64,000 bases of DNA, from contig OZ220696.1 in assembly GCA_965116495.1 (NCBI GenBank), positions 3,744,001 to 3,808,000 of the forward strand, given 5' to 3'. This DNA comes from Gammaproteobacteria bacterium. Its GTDB lineage: Bacteria; Pseudomonadota; Gammaproteobacteria; Eutrophobiales; Eutrophobiaceae. Made by a program: the position numbers and the translations under genes. The notes below the pieces were generated by a model, which had not been told where the DNA came from, ran no database searches, and saw nothing but the letters and a program-made list of their open reading frames with translations. How positions within the stretch are numbered: the stretch's first letter is position 1; every line of letters begins with the position of its first letter. Shown here in pieces: positions 19,089 to 28,871 of the stretch.

Positions 19089-19489
19089 TCATTGATACAT
19101 CGGCTGTTCTGGCAATACTTCTGGGAGAGTCCGACGCGGGACATTATGAAAAGGCAATAGCAGAGGCATGGCCGCGCCGTATTTCCACTGTCGCGCTGCT
19201 GGAAGCGGCGATTGTGCTTGAGAGCAGGGGGGGGATGGCAGCCGGTAACGAGCTTGATATATTCCTGCAAACTGCGGAGATAGAACTGGTAGCGGTCACG
19301 GCCGCACAGGCCCAGGCTGCCCGACGCGCCTGGCGGCGTTTCGGCAAGGGAAACCACCCGGCGGGACTTAATTTCGGTGACTGTTTCGCATATGCGCTCG
19401 CCGAAACGAGTAATGAAGCGCTTCTGTTCAAGGGAGAGGACTTTTCGCGCACCGATATTGAAGCGGCAGCAGCGACTGGCGGCTCCTGA
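19085..19489 (+). CDS. vapC: VapC PIN-domain toxin
   Basis: IIDTSA, LNFGDCFAYALA and LLFKGEDF motifs. Confidence 0.95.
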   Translation: MIIDTSAVLAILLGESDAGHYEKAIAEAWPRRISTVALLEAAIVLESRGGMAAGNELDIFLQTAEIELVAVTAAQAQAARRAWRRFGKGNHPAGLNFGDCFAYALAETSNEALLFKGEDFSRTDIEAAAATGGS

Positions 19490-19497
19490 CAGCCAAC

Positions 19498-19525
19498 TTG
19501 ACAATGTGACTCCACAGCGTAGAAT
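19498..19525 (+). promoter_or_regulatory. Sigma70 promoter of the tRNA pair
   Basis: TTGACA-16-TAGAAT just upstream of tRNA-Ala. Confidence 0.75.
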
Positions 19526-19542
19526 GACGTTCGTTTCGATTT

Positions 19543-19618
<76 letters not shown>

Positions 19619-19639
19619 GGATTTTTTACGATCTCACCT

Positions 19640-19715
19640 GTCCCCTTCGTCTAGAGGCCTAGGACACCGCCCTTTCACGGCGGCAACAGGGGTTCGACTC
19701 CCCTAGGGGACGCCA
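19640..19715 (+). tRNA. tRNA-Glu(TTC)
   Basis: Cloverleaf; anticodon arm ccgcc-ctttcac-ggcgg; CCA end. Confidence 0.97.
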
Positions 19716-20139
19716 TAAATTCCGGCTTGCTCACTTTCAACAGACTGCGGACGAAATGTGAGTAAGCCCCCCGGCCGAGCGGCGCGTCCATGCCGAAAAT
19801 CTCGACGTCCGGGCCGGTGGTGCGTCTGGCGTCACCTTTGCGGCGGGTCTTTGCCCATACCAGGCGCGCTTCCCAGTGGTAGTCTTCGGTGCGGGTGACT
19901 TCAAGGACCACATCCCAGGCCCGCTTCGGGAGAGGGTCCGGCGCCGCGCTGCGCCGGAGCACACGGCCCGGTTTACGTTTGTCCAGTTCGGTTGCCAATG
20001 CATCGCACAGAGTGGTGACAATGGCCGCATCGGTCTTGGGTATGCCGTGACAGGACAACAAGAGCGGCGTCTTGTCCGCCCGGGCCACGGATACGGTTGC
20101 CCCGAAGATCAACAGCGCTACCAGTCGTCTGTAATCCAT
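19675..20139 (-). CDS. Hypothetical exported protein running antisense into tRNA-Glu
   Basis: Signal-peptide-like N-terminus (RRLVALLIFGATVSVARA); the last 13 codons are tRNA antisense. Confidence 0.55.
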   Translation of the reverse strand: MDYRRLVALLIFGATVSVARADKTPLLLSCHGIPKTDAAIVTTLCDALATELDKRKPGRVLRRSAAPDPLPKRAWDVVLEVTRTEDYHWEARLVWAKTRRKGDARRTTGPDVEIFGMDAPLGRGAYSHFVRSLLKVSKPEFMASPRGVEPLLPP

Positions 20140-20184
20140 GGAGATAAGATGATCAGAAGGTGAAATCCGATGCGTCGAGGTTGG

Positions 20185-20544
20185 CTATGTCGAAGCCTTC
20201 TCAAGCGAAATTTCGTAGTCAGCCGTGTGGTCGGTATTGCTGCTGCCCATGCTGATGTAATAAGTGCCGCTGACATCCGGGCTGAAAATCTTGAGCTTTG
20301 TGTAGGAGAAGAAATTGCTGCCTTCTGCGACCATGTTTCCGTGTGAATCGAGGACTTTGAGTTGGGCTGAATAGACTCCACGCGGAATTATGTCGTAAAT
20401 CGTCCCGGCAGTCAGTTCGATCCGGAGCCAGTCCGTATCACTGATGGGATTCAACTTGCCCTGGAATGAATCGCCGACTGACAACACATATTGTGTTCTG
20501 GAGCTTGCTCTGGCATCCCCGCTATCTTCTCTGATAATCGCCAT
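20185..20544 (-). pseudogene. Isolated pre-peptidase C-terminal (PPC)-like domain; probable truncated RTX/metalloprotease gene
   Basis: D.DWLRIEL.AG..Y, SGTYYI and YEISL pattern; good GGAGG RBS; ends after one domain. Confidence 0.6.
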
Positions 20545-20748
20545 TATTGTCCTCCAGGTGAGTATGTTCTGTTCGAAAATGCTCAGGCAACTTATCGGCC
20601 TGTGATTCCACCTTGAGATTTTTTGCCTGTTTCAACCATCTTAGCATTGTTTGATCGGCACGGGATATGCCGGATTTCTACAGAGTTTCCGTTTTCCTGT
20701 AATATGTCCTTCCACCTGTCGATTATTTCTATTTGTTTACTAGTCAGT

Positions 20749-21759
20749 ATGAATATCCTTGTTACAGGTTGCGTCGGGTTTATCGGCGCGGCATTGTCCA
20801 AGCGACTGCTGGAGCGGGGTGATGAAGTCATAGGGATCGATAACCTGAATGACTATTACGACCCCGGGTTGAAGCGGGACAGGCTGGCGTTACTTGAGGA
20901 TTTCGACAACTTCAGTTTCAGGAAGGTGGATATCTCGGACAGGGAACAGATGGAAAACCTGTTCAGGGAGATTAATCCCCGGCGGGTGGTGCACCTGGCG
21001 GCACAGGCCGGCGTGCGCTACTCGATCAGCCATCCGCACAGCTATATCGATGCAAATATTGTGGGGTTTCTGAATATCCTGGAAGGTTGCCGCGCCGCGG
21101 GGGTGGAGCACCTGGTATATGCCTCGTCAAGCTCGGTCTACGGCGCCAATGAGAAAATACCTTATTCGGAATCGGATCCCGCGGCACACCCGGTCTCCCT
21201 GTACGGCGCCACCAAGCGCGCCAACGAATTGATGGCGCACAGCTACAGTCACCTGTATGACATCCCCGTGAGCGGCCTGCGCTATTTCACCGTCTACGGC
21301 CCCTGGGGCAGGCCGGACATGTCGCCCATCCTGTTCGCCGGGAAAATTTACGCAGGTGAACCGATACAGGTGTTCAACCGCGGACAGCACCGGAGAGATT
21401 TTACCTATATCGATGACGTGGTGGAGGCGACGGTAAGAATAACGGGCCGGGTCCCCGTCAGGGATATGAACCGGGATGCGAATCGGCCCGATCCATCAAG
21501 CGGCACGGCCAGGTACCGGATTTATAACATCGGGAATCAAAACGCGGTCAACCTCATGGATTATATTAAAATGCTTGAGACGGAGATCGGCAGAAACGCC
21601 GTTATCGAGTTTGCGGAGGCGCAACCGGGTGATGTGCTCAACACCGAGGCGGACTCGTCCAGGCTGGCCGGGGAATTTGAATTTGTTCCCGGCGTATCGC
21701 TCGAACAGGGCATAAAACGATTTATTGACTGGTATAAGAGGTATTATAAGGTTGTTTGA
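20749..21759 (+). CDS. UDP-glucuronate 4-epimerase-like NAD-dependent epimerase
   Basis: LAAQAGVRYS, YASSSSVYG, YGATK and VYGPWGRPDM motifs; start MNILVTG. Confidence 0.92.
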   Translation: MNILVTGCVGFIGAALSKRLLERGDEVIGIDNLNDYYDPGLKRDRLALLEDFDNFSFRKVDISDREQMENLFREINPRRVVHLAAQAGVRYSISHPHSYIDANIVGFLNILEGCRAAGVEHLVYASSSSVYGANEKIPYSESDPAAHPVSLYGATKRANELMAHSYSHLYDIPVSGLRYFTVYGPWGRPDMSPILFAGKIYAGEPIQVFNRGQHRRDFTYIDDVVEATVRITGRVPVRDMNRDANRPDPSSGTARYRIYNIGNQNAVNLMDYIKMLETEIGRNAVIEFAEAQPGDVLNTEADSSRLAGEFEFVPGVSLEQGIKRFIDWYKRYYKVV

Positions 21760-21852
21760 CTGGGTTTGTGTCGTATGCTCCGTTAACGGCACATCCATGT
21801 GCCACTGCTCGGCGTTTGCCGGAACGATAGGGTAGTATTTTGAAGACGAAAC

Positions 21853-23139
21853 ATGAATAAAAACAGGAAAATTTCTGTCATCGGTATGGGCTACGTCGGC
21901 TTGCCCGTCGCTGTCGCGTTCGGTCGCCTGGGTGGGGTGATCGGGTTTGATATCGATGAGCGGCGCATCGCGGAACTGGAAGCGGGACATGACAACACTG
22001 GGGAGGTTGCCCCTGACGAACTGGCGGCCACGCAGATTATTTTCACCACGGACAGCGGGCTTCTCAAGCAGGCTGATTTTCACATCGTGGCCGTGCCGAC
22101 CCCGATAAACGATGCGAAAAACCCGGATATGGAGCCCTTGACCGCCGCCTCGAAGATGCTGGGACGCGTCATCAGCAGGGGCGACATCGTCGTCTATGAA
22201 TCCACCGTCTATCCCGGCGCCACCGAAGAGATCTGCGTCCCCATACTGGAACGGGAATCGGGCCTGGTGTGCGGTCGCGACTTCCACCTGGGGTATTCCC
22301 CCGAACGTATCAATCCGGGCGACAAGGAGCATAGTTTCACCAGTATCGTGAAGATCGTATCGGCGCAGAAGCGCGCCGCGCTTGAAGTCATCACGCAGGT
22401 TTATGAAAGTGTGGTCACGGCAGGTGTGTACGAGGCGTCCTCCATCAAGGTTGCGGAAGCGACGAAGGTTGTTGAGAACATCCAGCGGGATGTCAATATC
22501 GCCCTGATGAACCAGTTGGCGCTGATTTTCGACAAGCTGGATATCGATACCAACGACGTGCTGGATGCAGCCGCCACCAAGTGGAATTTCCTGCGTTTCT
22601 CACCCGGCTTGGTAGGCGGTCACTGTATCGGTATTGACCCGTATTACATGGCGTACCGGGCAGCCAGGAGCGGCTATATCCCGGACCTGATCCTGACCGC
22701 GCGCAACATCAATGACGGCCTGGGCAACTATATCGCCGGGCAGGTCGTGAAGGCAATCTTGCAGGCCGGTCATTCACCCGAAAACAGCCTGGTAACCGTG
22801 CTGGGACTCACGTTCAAGGAAAATGTGGGTGACACCCGCAATACCCGAGTCATCGATATCATCAATGAATTGAACCAGTTTAACATTGCGGTGCAGGTTA
22901 ATGACGTTCAGGCGGATGCTGATAAGGTCAGGGCGGAATATGAAATCGACTTGGTCGCATTGCATTCATTGCAGCCTGCCGATGCCGTGATACTTGCCGT
23001 CCCCCATTCCGTATATCTGGATAAAGGCTGGGACTGGATTAGCGAACTGCTTAAGAATCGAGGCGGGATAGTCTACGACGTCAAGGGCAGGCTGGACCGG
23101 GAGGCGGCGCCGGCCGGCGTAAAGGTGATGAGACTTTGA
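21853..23139 (+). CDS. UDP-GlcNAc/GalNAc 6-dehydrogenase (WbpO/TviB-like)
   Basis: GMGYVG, YESTVYPG, YSPERINPG and GGHCIGIDP motifs. Confidence 0.9.
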   Translation: MNKNRKISVIGMGYVGLPVAVAFGRLGGVIGFDIDERRIAELEAGHDNTGEVAPDELAATQIIFTTDSGLLKQADFHIVAVPTPINDAKNPDMEPLTAASKMLGRVISRGDIVVYESTVYPGATEEICVPILERESGLVCGRDFHLGYSPERINPGDKEHSFTSIVKIVSAQKRAALEVITQVYESVVTAGVYEASSIKVAEATKVVENIQRDVNIALMNQLALIFDKLDIDTNDVLDAAATKWNFLRFSPGLVGGHCIGIDPYYMAYRAARSGYIPDLILTARNINDGLGNYIAGQVVKAILQAGHSPENSLVTVLGLTFKENVGDTRNTRVIDIINELNQFNIAVQVNDVQADADKVRAEYEIDLVALHSLQPADAVILAVPHSVYLDKGWDWISELLKNRGGIVYDVKGRLDREAAPAGVKVMRL

Positions 23140-23169
23140 TGGCCGGTGTCGAGAGATGAAGGTTACGAT

Positions 23170-23215
23170 CTGGGTTCCGGCTTTCGCCGGAACGACATGT
23201 CTCGCCGGAACGACG
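23170..23215. repeat. Half REP-like element with tandem duplication
   Basis: ctgggttccggctttcgccggaacgac...cgccggaacgacg. Confidence 0.65.
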
Positions 23216-23229
23216 AGAAGTAGTCAGCT

Positions 23230-24534
23230 ATGAATGTTGCAATGGTGGGCGCGGGTTACGTAGGGCTGGTTTCAGGGGCCTGTTTTGCCGAATTCGGCGC
23301 CAACGTTACCTGCATCGATGTTGATTCCGGGAGGATCGGCAAACTCAGGGAAGGCGTGATTCCCATCTACGAGCCAGGTTTGGCGGAACTGATCGACAAG
23401 AACCGGGAGCAGGGCAGGTTATCGTTCCGGGATGCTTACGATGAAACCATTGCGGAGTGCGACCTGGTGTTTATCGCGGTCGGTACGCCGGCCCGGCGCG
23501 GCGACGGGCACGCGGATTTAAAGTACGTCTATGAGGCAGTCAGGGAGATTGCGCCTTACCTTGATGGCCATACGGTGATCGTGGATAAATCCACCGTGCC
23601 CGTGGGGACTGCCCGTAACGTGAAGCGCATCATCCGTGAGAAAAACCCGGATGTGGACTTTGACGTTGCCGCCAATCCTGAATTTTTACGGGAAGGCGCG
23701 GCGCTGTCCGACTTCATGCGCCCGGACCGGGTAGTCATCGGCGTCGAGAACGAACGGGCAGAGCAGGTGCTGCGCGAGTTGTACCGGCCGCTCAACCTTA
23801 TCGAGACGCCCATGCTGGTGACCGACCTGGAAAGCGCCGAGTTGATCAAGTACGCGGCCAACGCCTTTCTGGCCACGAAGATCAGTTTCATCAACGAGAT
23901 GTCGGCCCTGTGTGAAGCGGTGAACGCCGACGTCCACGCGGTGGCCAGGGGGATGGGACTGGACGGGCGCATCGGCAGGAAGTTCCTGCACCCGGGACCC
24001 GGGTACGGCGGTTCCTGCTTCCCCAAGGATACCCGGGCGCTGGTGCGCATCGCGCAGGAAAACAACGTCACCAGCCGCATCGTGGAAGCGGTGATGGAGG
24101 TGAACGAAGCACAGAAAGCGCGCATGATCAGCAAGATCCGCGGCACCCTGGGCGGCAGCGAGAGCGGTAAGACCCTGGCCGTGCTGGGCCTGGCGTTCAA
24201 GCCGGAAACAGACGATATGCGCGACGCTCCGGCATTATCCATATTGCCTAAACTGGTCGAAAACGGGGTCAGGGTGCATGCGCATGATCCCCAGGCCATG
24301 TCGGAGGCCAGGAATATCCTGCCCGAATCCGTGGTGTATTTCGATGATATCTACGCGGCCCTGACCGGCGCGGACGCGCTGGTGTTGTTGACGGAATGGA
24401 ATGCCTACCGCGGCATGGACCTGGCAAAAATCAGGGAACTCATGAGCGGGAACGTATTTATTGACCTGCGCAATGTCTATGAGCCGGATGCAATGCTGGC
24501 GTCCGGATTTGATTATCACTGTGTGGGGCGTTAG
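23230..24534 (+). CDS. ugd: UDP-glucose 6-dehydrogenase
   Basis: GAGYVG, KSTVPVGT, NPEFLREG and GYGGSCFPKD motifs. Confidence 0.93.
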   Translation: MNVAMVGAGYVGLVSGACFAEFGANVTCIDVDSGRIGKLREGVIPIYEPGLAELIDKNREQGRLSFRDAYDETIAECDLVFIAVGTPARRGDGHADLKYVYEAVREIAPYLDGHTVIVDKSTVPVGTARNVKRIIREKNPDVDFDVAANPEFLREGAALSDFMRPDRVVIGVENERAEQVLRELYRPLNLIETPMLVTDLESAELIKYAANAFLATKISFINEMSALCEAVNADVHAVARGMGLDGRIGRKFLHPGPGYGGSCFPKDTRALVRIAQENNVTSRIVEAVMEVNEAQKARMISKIRGTLGGSESGKTLAVLGLAFKPETDDMRDAPALSILPKLVENGVRVHAHDPQAMSEARNILPESVVYFDDIYAALTGADALVLLTEWNAYRGMDLAKIRELMSGNVFIDLRNVYEPDAMLASGFDYHCVGR

Positions 24535-24584
24535 CGCGATGTTACCCATGGTCGGGATATATTTCTGCAGATGACGGGTTATTA

Positions 24585-26174
24585 ATGAATATGACTGAGC
24601 AAGCACCGGCGCGCGTTGCCGTCATCGGCTGCGGTTACTGGGGCAGGAATCTGGTGCGCAATTTTGCCGACCTTGGGGCGCTGGTCGCGGTGTGCGACAC
24701 GGACCCGGAACTGGCGCGGCAGTTCGGTGACAAATACCAGGTCGGCACGCCTGTGTTTGAAGAAGCGCTCCGGGATGCGGATATCGACGCGGTCGCCATC
24801 GCCACACCGGCCGTGACCCATTCGGCTTTCGCCAGGCAGGCGCTGGCGGTTGGAAAACACGTATTTGTCGAAAAACCCGTCGCCCTGGACGTTGACGCCG
24901 CCGAAGAATTGAATACGCTGGCAAAACAGCAGGAACGGGTGTTGATGGTAGGCCACCTGCTGCAGTATCACCCTGCGTTCATACGGCTGAAGGAACTGGT
25001 TGCGCAGGGCGGGCTGGGGCGCCTGCGCCATATCTATTCCCACCGTCTTAACCTGGGGAAAGTCAGGCGCGAGGAGAACATACTCTGGAGCTTCGCACCC
25101 CATGATATTTCCATGATCCTGTCACTGGTTGGTGAGGAACCGGACCGGGTCTCTGCCGTGGGCAGTTTTTTCCTTCAATCGCAGGTTGCCGACGTGACCA
25201 CGACCCACATGTCTTTCCCCGGCGGGGAAAACGCCCATGTTTTCGTGTCCTGGCTGCATCCTTACAAGGAACAGAGACTGGTCGTCGTGGGTGACGACGG
25301 CATGGCGGTGTTCGATGATACCCTGGAGTGGGAGCAGAAATTGCAGATTTACAGGCACAGGATACTCTGGGAAAACAGTCTGCCCACGCCGGACAAGGCC
25401 GAGGCCGAGGCGGTTGCCGTAATCCCGGCAGAGCCGTTACGGGAGGAACTGTCCCATTTCCTGAACTGCATTACCGGAAAGGCAAGCTGCCGCACCGATG
25501 GCAACGAAGGAATACGCGTGTTGAGAGTGTTACAGGCTTCGGAACAAGACATACTGAAACAACATACGCGCCAGGAGGCGGGAACCATGAATCCGGGAGG
25601 TCAAAAAATGGCTGACTGTTTTGTCCATGAAACCGCGGTTGTAGATGGTCATTGCCATATCGGCAAGGGCACCCGGATCTGGCATTTCAGCCATGTCCTG
25701 ACAAACTCCAGCATAGGGGAGAACTGCATCCTGGGGCAGAACGTCATGGTGGGTCCCGACGTGAGCATGGGCAATAACTGCAAGATCCAGAATAACGTCA
25801 GCATCTACAAGGGTATTACGCTGGAGGACGGCGTATTCTGCGGACCGTCCTGTGTGTTTACCAACGTGAACAACCCGCGTGCCGAACTGGAGAAGAAAGA
25901 CCAGTTCGCAGACACCCGGGTCAGGCAGGGTGTGACCATCGGCGCCAATGCCACCATCCTGTGCGGCATCGAACTCGGAGAATACTGTTTCATTGCGGCC
26001 GGAGCCGTCGTAACCGGGGATGTACAACCGTTTGTGCTGATGGCGGGAACGCCTGCGAAACAGGTCGGCTGGGTGGGGCATTACGGCGAGCGGCTGGGAG
26101 ACGACCTAGTGTGCCCGAAGACGGGGAAACAGTATCGCCTGAACAGCGACGGCCGGCTCGAACCAGTGGATTGA
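24585..26174 (+). CDS. Fusion of Gfo/Idh/MocA 3-dehydrogenase (WbpB/WlbA-like) and hexapeptide N-acetyltransferase (WbpD/WlbB-like)
   Basis: GCGYWG and VEKP in the N-terminal part; IWHFSH, CKIQNNVS and FTNVNNPR in the C-terminal part. Confidence 0.88.
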   Translation: MNMTEQAPARVAVIGCGYWGRNLVRNFADLGALVAVCDTDPELARQFGDKYQVGTPVFEEALRDADIDAVAIATPAVTHSAFARQALAVGKHVFVEKPVALDVDAAEELNTLAKQQERVLMVGHLLQYHPAFIRLKELVAQGGLGRLRHIYSHRLNLGKVRREENILWSFAPHDISMILSLVGEEPDRVSAVGSFFLQSQVADVTTTHMSFPGGENAHVFVSWLHPYKEQRLVVVGDDGMAVFDDTLEWEQKLQIYRHRILWENSLPTPDKAEAEAVAVIPAEPLREELSHFLNCITGKASCRTDGNEGIRVLRVLQASEQDILKQHTRQEAGTMNPGGQKMADCFVHETAVVDGHCHIGKGTRIWHFSHVLTNSSIGENCILGQNVMVGPDVSMGNNCKIQNNVSIYKGITLEDGVFCGPSCVFTNVNNPRAELEKKDQFADTRVRQGVTIGANATILCGIELGEYCFIAAGAVVTGDVQPFVLMAGTPAKQVGWVGHYGERLGDDLVCPKTGKQYRLNSDGRLEPVD

Positions 26175-26183
26175 CGTATTATC

Positions 26184-26306
26184 CGTCATTCCCGCGCAAG
26201 CGGGAATCCAGTAAAATAGTGTGTCGCCCAAGAGGCGACCCTTTATATTACTGGATTCCGGAGCCTGCCCCAGCATACTTTAAGCCAGGGTCAAGCCCAA
26301 ATGACG
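26184..26306. repeat. REP/RPE-like palindromic element
   Basis: cgtcattcccgcgcaagcgggaatccag...ctggattccgg...atgacg; shares the internal gtcgcc/ggcgac hairpin with the 15455 copy. Confidence 0.8.
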
Positions 26307-26349
26307 AACGAGGGAATCAGTATAAAAAGTTGGGAGATCACTAACAGAG

Positions 26350-27471
26350 ATGGAACAAAGGTCTGTAGAATTCATCGACCTCAAAGCGCAACAGCGGCGT
26401 CTGGGTGACAGGATTCCGAAGGCAATTCAACGGGTGCTGGACCACGGCCGATACATCCTGGGGCCGGAAGTGTGGGAGCTGGAGCAACAGCTTGCCCGTT
26501 TCAGCGGCGCCAGGCATGTCATCAGTTGCGCCAGCGGCACGGATGCCCTGGTGATGGCCCTGCTGGCAAAGGGAGCGGGTCCCGGTGATGCTGTTTTTAT
26601 TCCAGCGTTCACTTTTGTCGCCACTGCGGAGGCGGTCGCACTGCTGGGCGCCACACCGGTCTTCGTCGATGTCGAACCGGGCAGCTTCCTGCTGGACATT
26701 GCAAGTCTGGACGCCGCCTTGGAGACGGCAAACCGGGCCGGGCTGGCGCCGAAAGGCATTATTCCCGTGGACCTGTTCGGACAGCCGTGTGCTTACGCGG
26801 AAATAAACGCATATGCCCGGGAGAGCGGGCTGTTTGTCATCGCCGACGCCGCCCAGAGTTTTGGCGCGCGCCTGGACGGCAACCGGGTCGGGACCCTGGC
26901 AGAACTGACCGCCACCAGTTTTTTTCCGGCCAAGCCCCTGGGTTGCTATGGTGATGGAGGCGCCCTGTTCACGGATGATGATGAACTTGCAGACAGGTTG
27001 AGAAGCCTGCGGGTGCACGGCAAGGGCGCGCACAAGTACGACAATGTGCACATCGGTATCAACGGCAGACTGGACACCATCCAGGCAGCGGTACTGCTGG
27101 AAAAACTCCCGATATTCGAGGAAGAGATCGCCCTGCGCGACCGGGTTGCACAAAGATACGGCAAACTGCTGGAGGACCTGGTCGTTACCCCGGCGCCACG
27201 TGCCGGGTCCATCTCCGTCTGGGCGCAATATACGATACAGTCAGGCGAACGTGATGCGATAGCGCAGGAACTGAAACGGCAGGACATCCCGAGTGCGGTC
27301 TATTACCCCGCGTCCCTGCACCGGCAGACCGCATACAAAGGCTATCCCCGCGCGCGGGACCTGGCCGTGTCCGAAAGCCTGAGCGCGCAGGTATTGAGCC
27401 TGCCCATGCATCCGTATCTTGAGGAGGAAGCGCAAAGCGGGATTTGCGATGTCATCCGGCAGGCATTATGA
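26350..27471 (+). CDS. DegT/DnrJ aminotransferase (WbpE/WlbC-like)
   Basis: SGTDAL, DAAQSFGA, SFFPAKPLGCYGDGG and RLDTIQAA motifs. Confidence 0.92.
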   Translation: MEQRSVEFIDLKAQQRRLGDRIPKAIQRVLDHGRYILGPEVWELEQQLARFSGARHVISCASGTDALVMALLAKGAGPGDAVFIPAFTFVATAEAVALLGATPVFVDVEPGSFLLDIASLDAALETANRAGLAPKGIIPVDLFGQPCAYAEINAYARESGLFVIADAAQSFGARLDGNRVGTLAELTATSFFPAKPLGCYGDGGALFTDDDELADRLRSLRVHGKGAHKYDNVHIGINGRLDTIQAAVLLEKLPIFEEEIALRDRVAQRYGKLLEDLVVTPAPRAGSISVWAQYTIQSGERDAIAQELKRQDIPSAVYYPASLHRQTAYKGYPRARDLAVSESLSAQVLSLPMHPYLEEEAQSGICDVIRQAL

Positions 27472-27489
27472 TAGCCGCCGCCATCCCTC

Positions 27490-27607
27490 TGACCGGCAGC
27501 GTTTTATTGAAGTTGTCGAAACCGAGTTGCTGGGCTTGCACGAGGGGAATATTGCCCGTTACCGTTTGCGTCCGGTGGAATTTCAGGAATGGCAGCGGGA
27601 GTGGTGA
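27490..27607 (+). pseudogene. C-terminal remnant of a Fic-family protein
   Basis: DRQRFIEVVETELLGLHEGNIARYRLRPVEFQEW resembles the C-terminus of proteobacterial Fic proteins (recalled, not searched). Confidence 0.55.
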
Positions 27608-27665
27608 CAGGAACCCGGTGACACCATCGTCTTTACTGATTTTCGGAAGCGTATAGCTCGGCAAC

Positions 27666-28361
27666 TCAGCCAAACGATCTGGGACGGAACGAATCCTTGT
27701 TGATAATGCTGGCGCTGTCCCCCGTCGCCCGTATCACGAATAAGCCCTGACGCTCGGCAAATACAGCCGCCGACTCGTCTGCGCGCAGGTAAGCCATCGC
27801 GCCATACACCCGGTCGCGCTGGTATCGCCACTCCCGTTGCTTGAAAAACTCTATGCCTGCCAGAAATGCGCGCACATCAGCCACTTTCATGGTAGTCTTC
27901 ACCTCTACCACTACCACCACCTCGCCATTATGTGCAACAACGTCGTATTCCCATTGTGCTGCGCCGCGCTGACCCCTGACTCTCGTGGATGTGTGATAAA
28001 CATCAATGTTCCGGGCCTGTAACAGTTCAACGAGTTTGCCTTCAACCAGGCTCTCCACCAGCTTGCCCCACTGACTGGTAAATAACTCTTCGGCCTTTTT
28101 CAGACGTATGTCGGCTTCCTTTGCCCGCTTGTCAGCTTCCTGCGATCGTTTGCGATCTTCCTCCGCTCGCTTGCGGTTTTCCTCCGCGGTTTCGGCCATG
28201 AGCCGTCTGACTTCCCGGATTTCCTGCTCTGTCTTTTGACGGTCTTGCTCTCGCTTTTCTTCAGCCTGTTCGGCAGCCTCTTTCTGCTTCCGGGTGATTT
28301 CGCGCAGGACAGCCCAGATTTCCTCCGGGGTGGCAGGGGGTTGTTCAGTATAAGCACTCAT
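27666..28361 (-). CDS. Coiled-coil protein with C-terminal PD-(D/E)XK nuclease-like domain
   Basis: E/K/R-rich coil, then WGKLVE...EYDVVA...VEVK motif. Confidence 0.75.
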   Translation of the reverse strand: MSAYTEQPPATPEEIWAVLREITRKQKEAAEQAEEKREQDRQKTEQEIREVRRLMAETAEENRKRAEEDRKRSQEADKRAKEADIRLKKAEELFTSQWGKLVESLVEGKLVELLQARNIDVYHTSTRVRGQRGAAQWEYDVVAHNGEVVVVVEVKTTMKVADVRAFLAGIEFFKQREWRYQRDRVYGAMAYLRADESAAVFAERQGLFVIRATGDSASIINKDSFRPRSFG

Positions 28362-28871
28362 AGGTAAATTCTCCTTATGCTATGATTTGATAGCTCTGCA
28401 GTATAACACGTTCAGTTGGGTTGATACCGACCTGGTCCTTCCGGCAACCGCGGGCGGGGCGCCCTCCCCCAGAGCGGTTGCAACATGCCCTTGCCAAAGG
28501 GGGTGGCTTGGGAGGTCAGTAACAGATGCAAAACCACCCCCTTGGCACCCTCGGGCTGTCCTTGATCCGTGGCCCTGGCGAATACAAACGGGGCCGCCCT
28601 CGGGTATGCAGGCATTCAACGGCTCGAATTCCTTTCGACCGGCCAGCCGGCGTTGTTTATTCTTGTCCATGCCGGACCGACCGCTGCCTGATTTCCCTAT
28701 GGCAACGATGATTTTATCCGGCCCGTATGGATTGAAAAGCAAAAAATCAATAAAAATGTGAGAAAAGTCACATTTTGGTGAAAAAAGTACGAATATTTGT
28801 TATTGGAAGCTGGATATATGCCGCGTTCCGGTCAGCGTGCCTGACAAGGCTGCTTTTATTGAGACTTGTAT

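Noticed and set aside
20623-20748. Long N-terminal extensions from the ORF track (also gltX 17291, vapB 18780, thrS 53441, Sel1 61089)
   Set aside because: Family-typical N-termini begin at downstream ATGs
19716-20750. att duplication of the tRNA-Glu 3' end
   Set aside because: I could not find a second copy by eye
28380-28761. ORFs of about 120 aa on both strands
   Set aside because: No motifs; they overlap palindromic DNA
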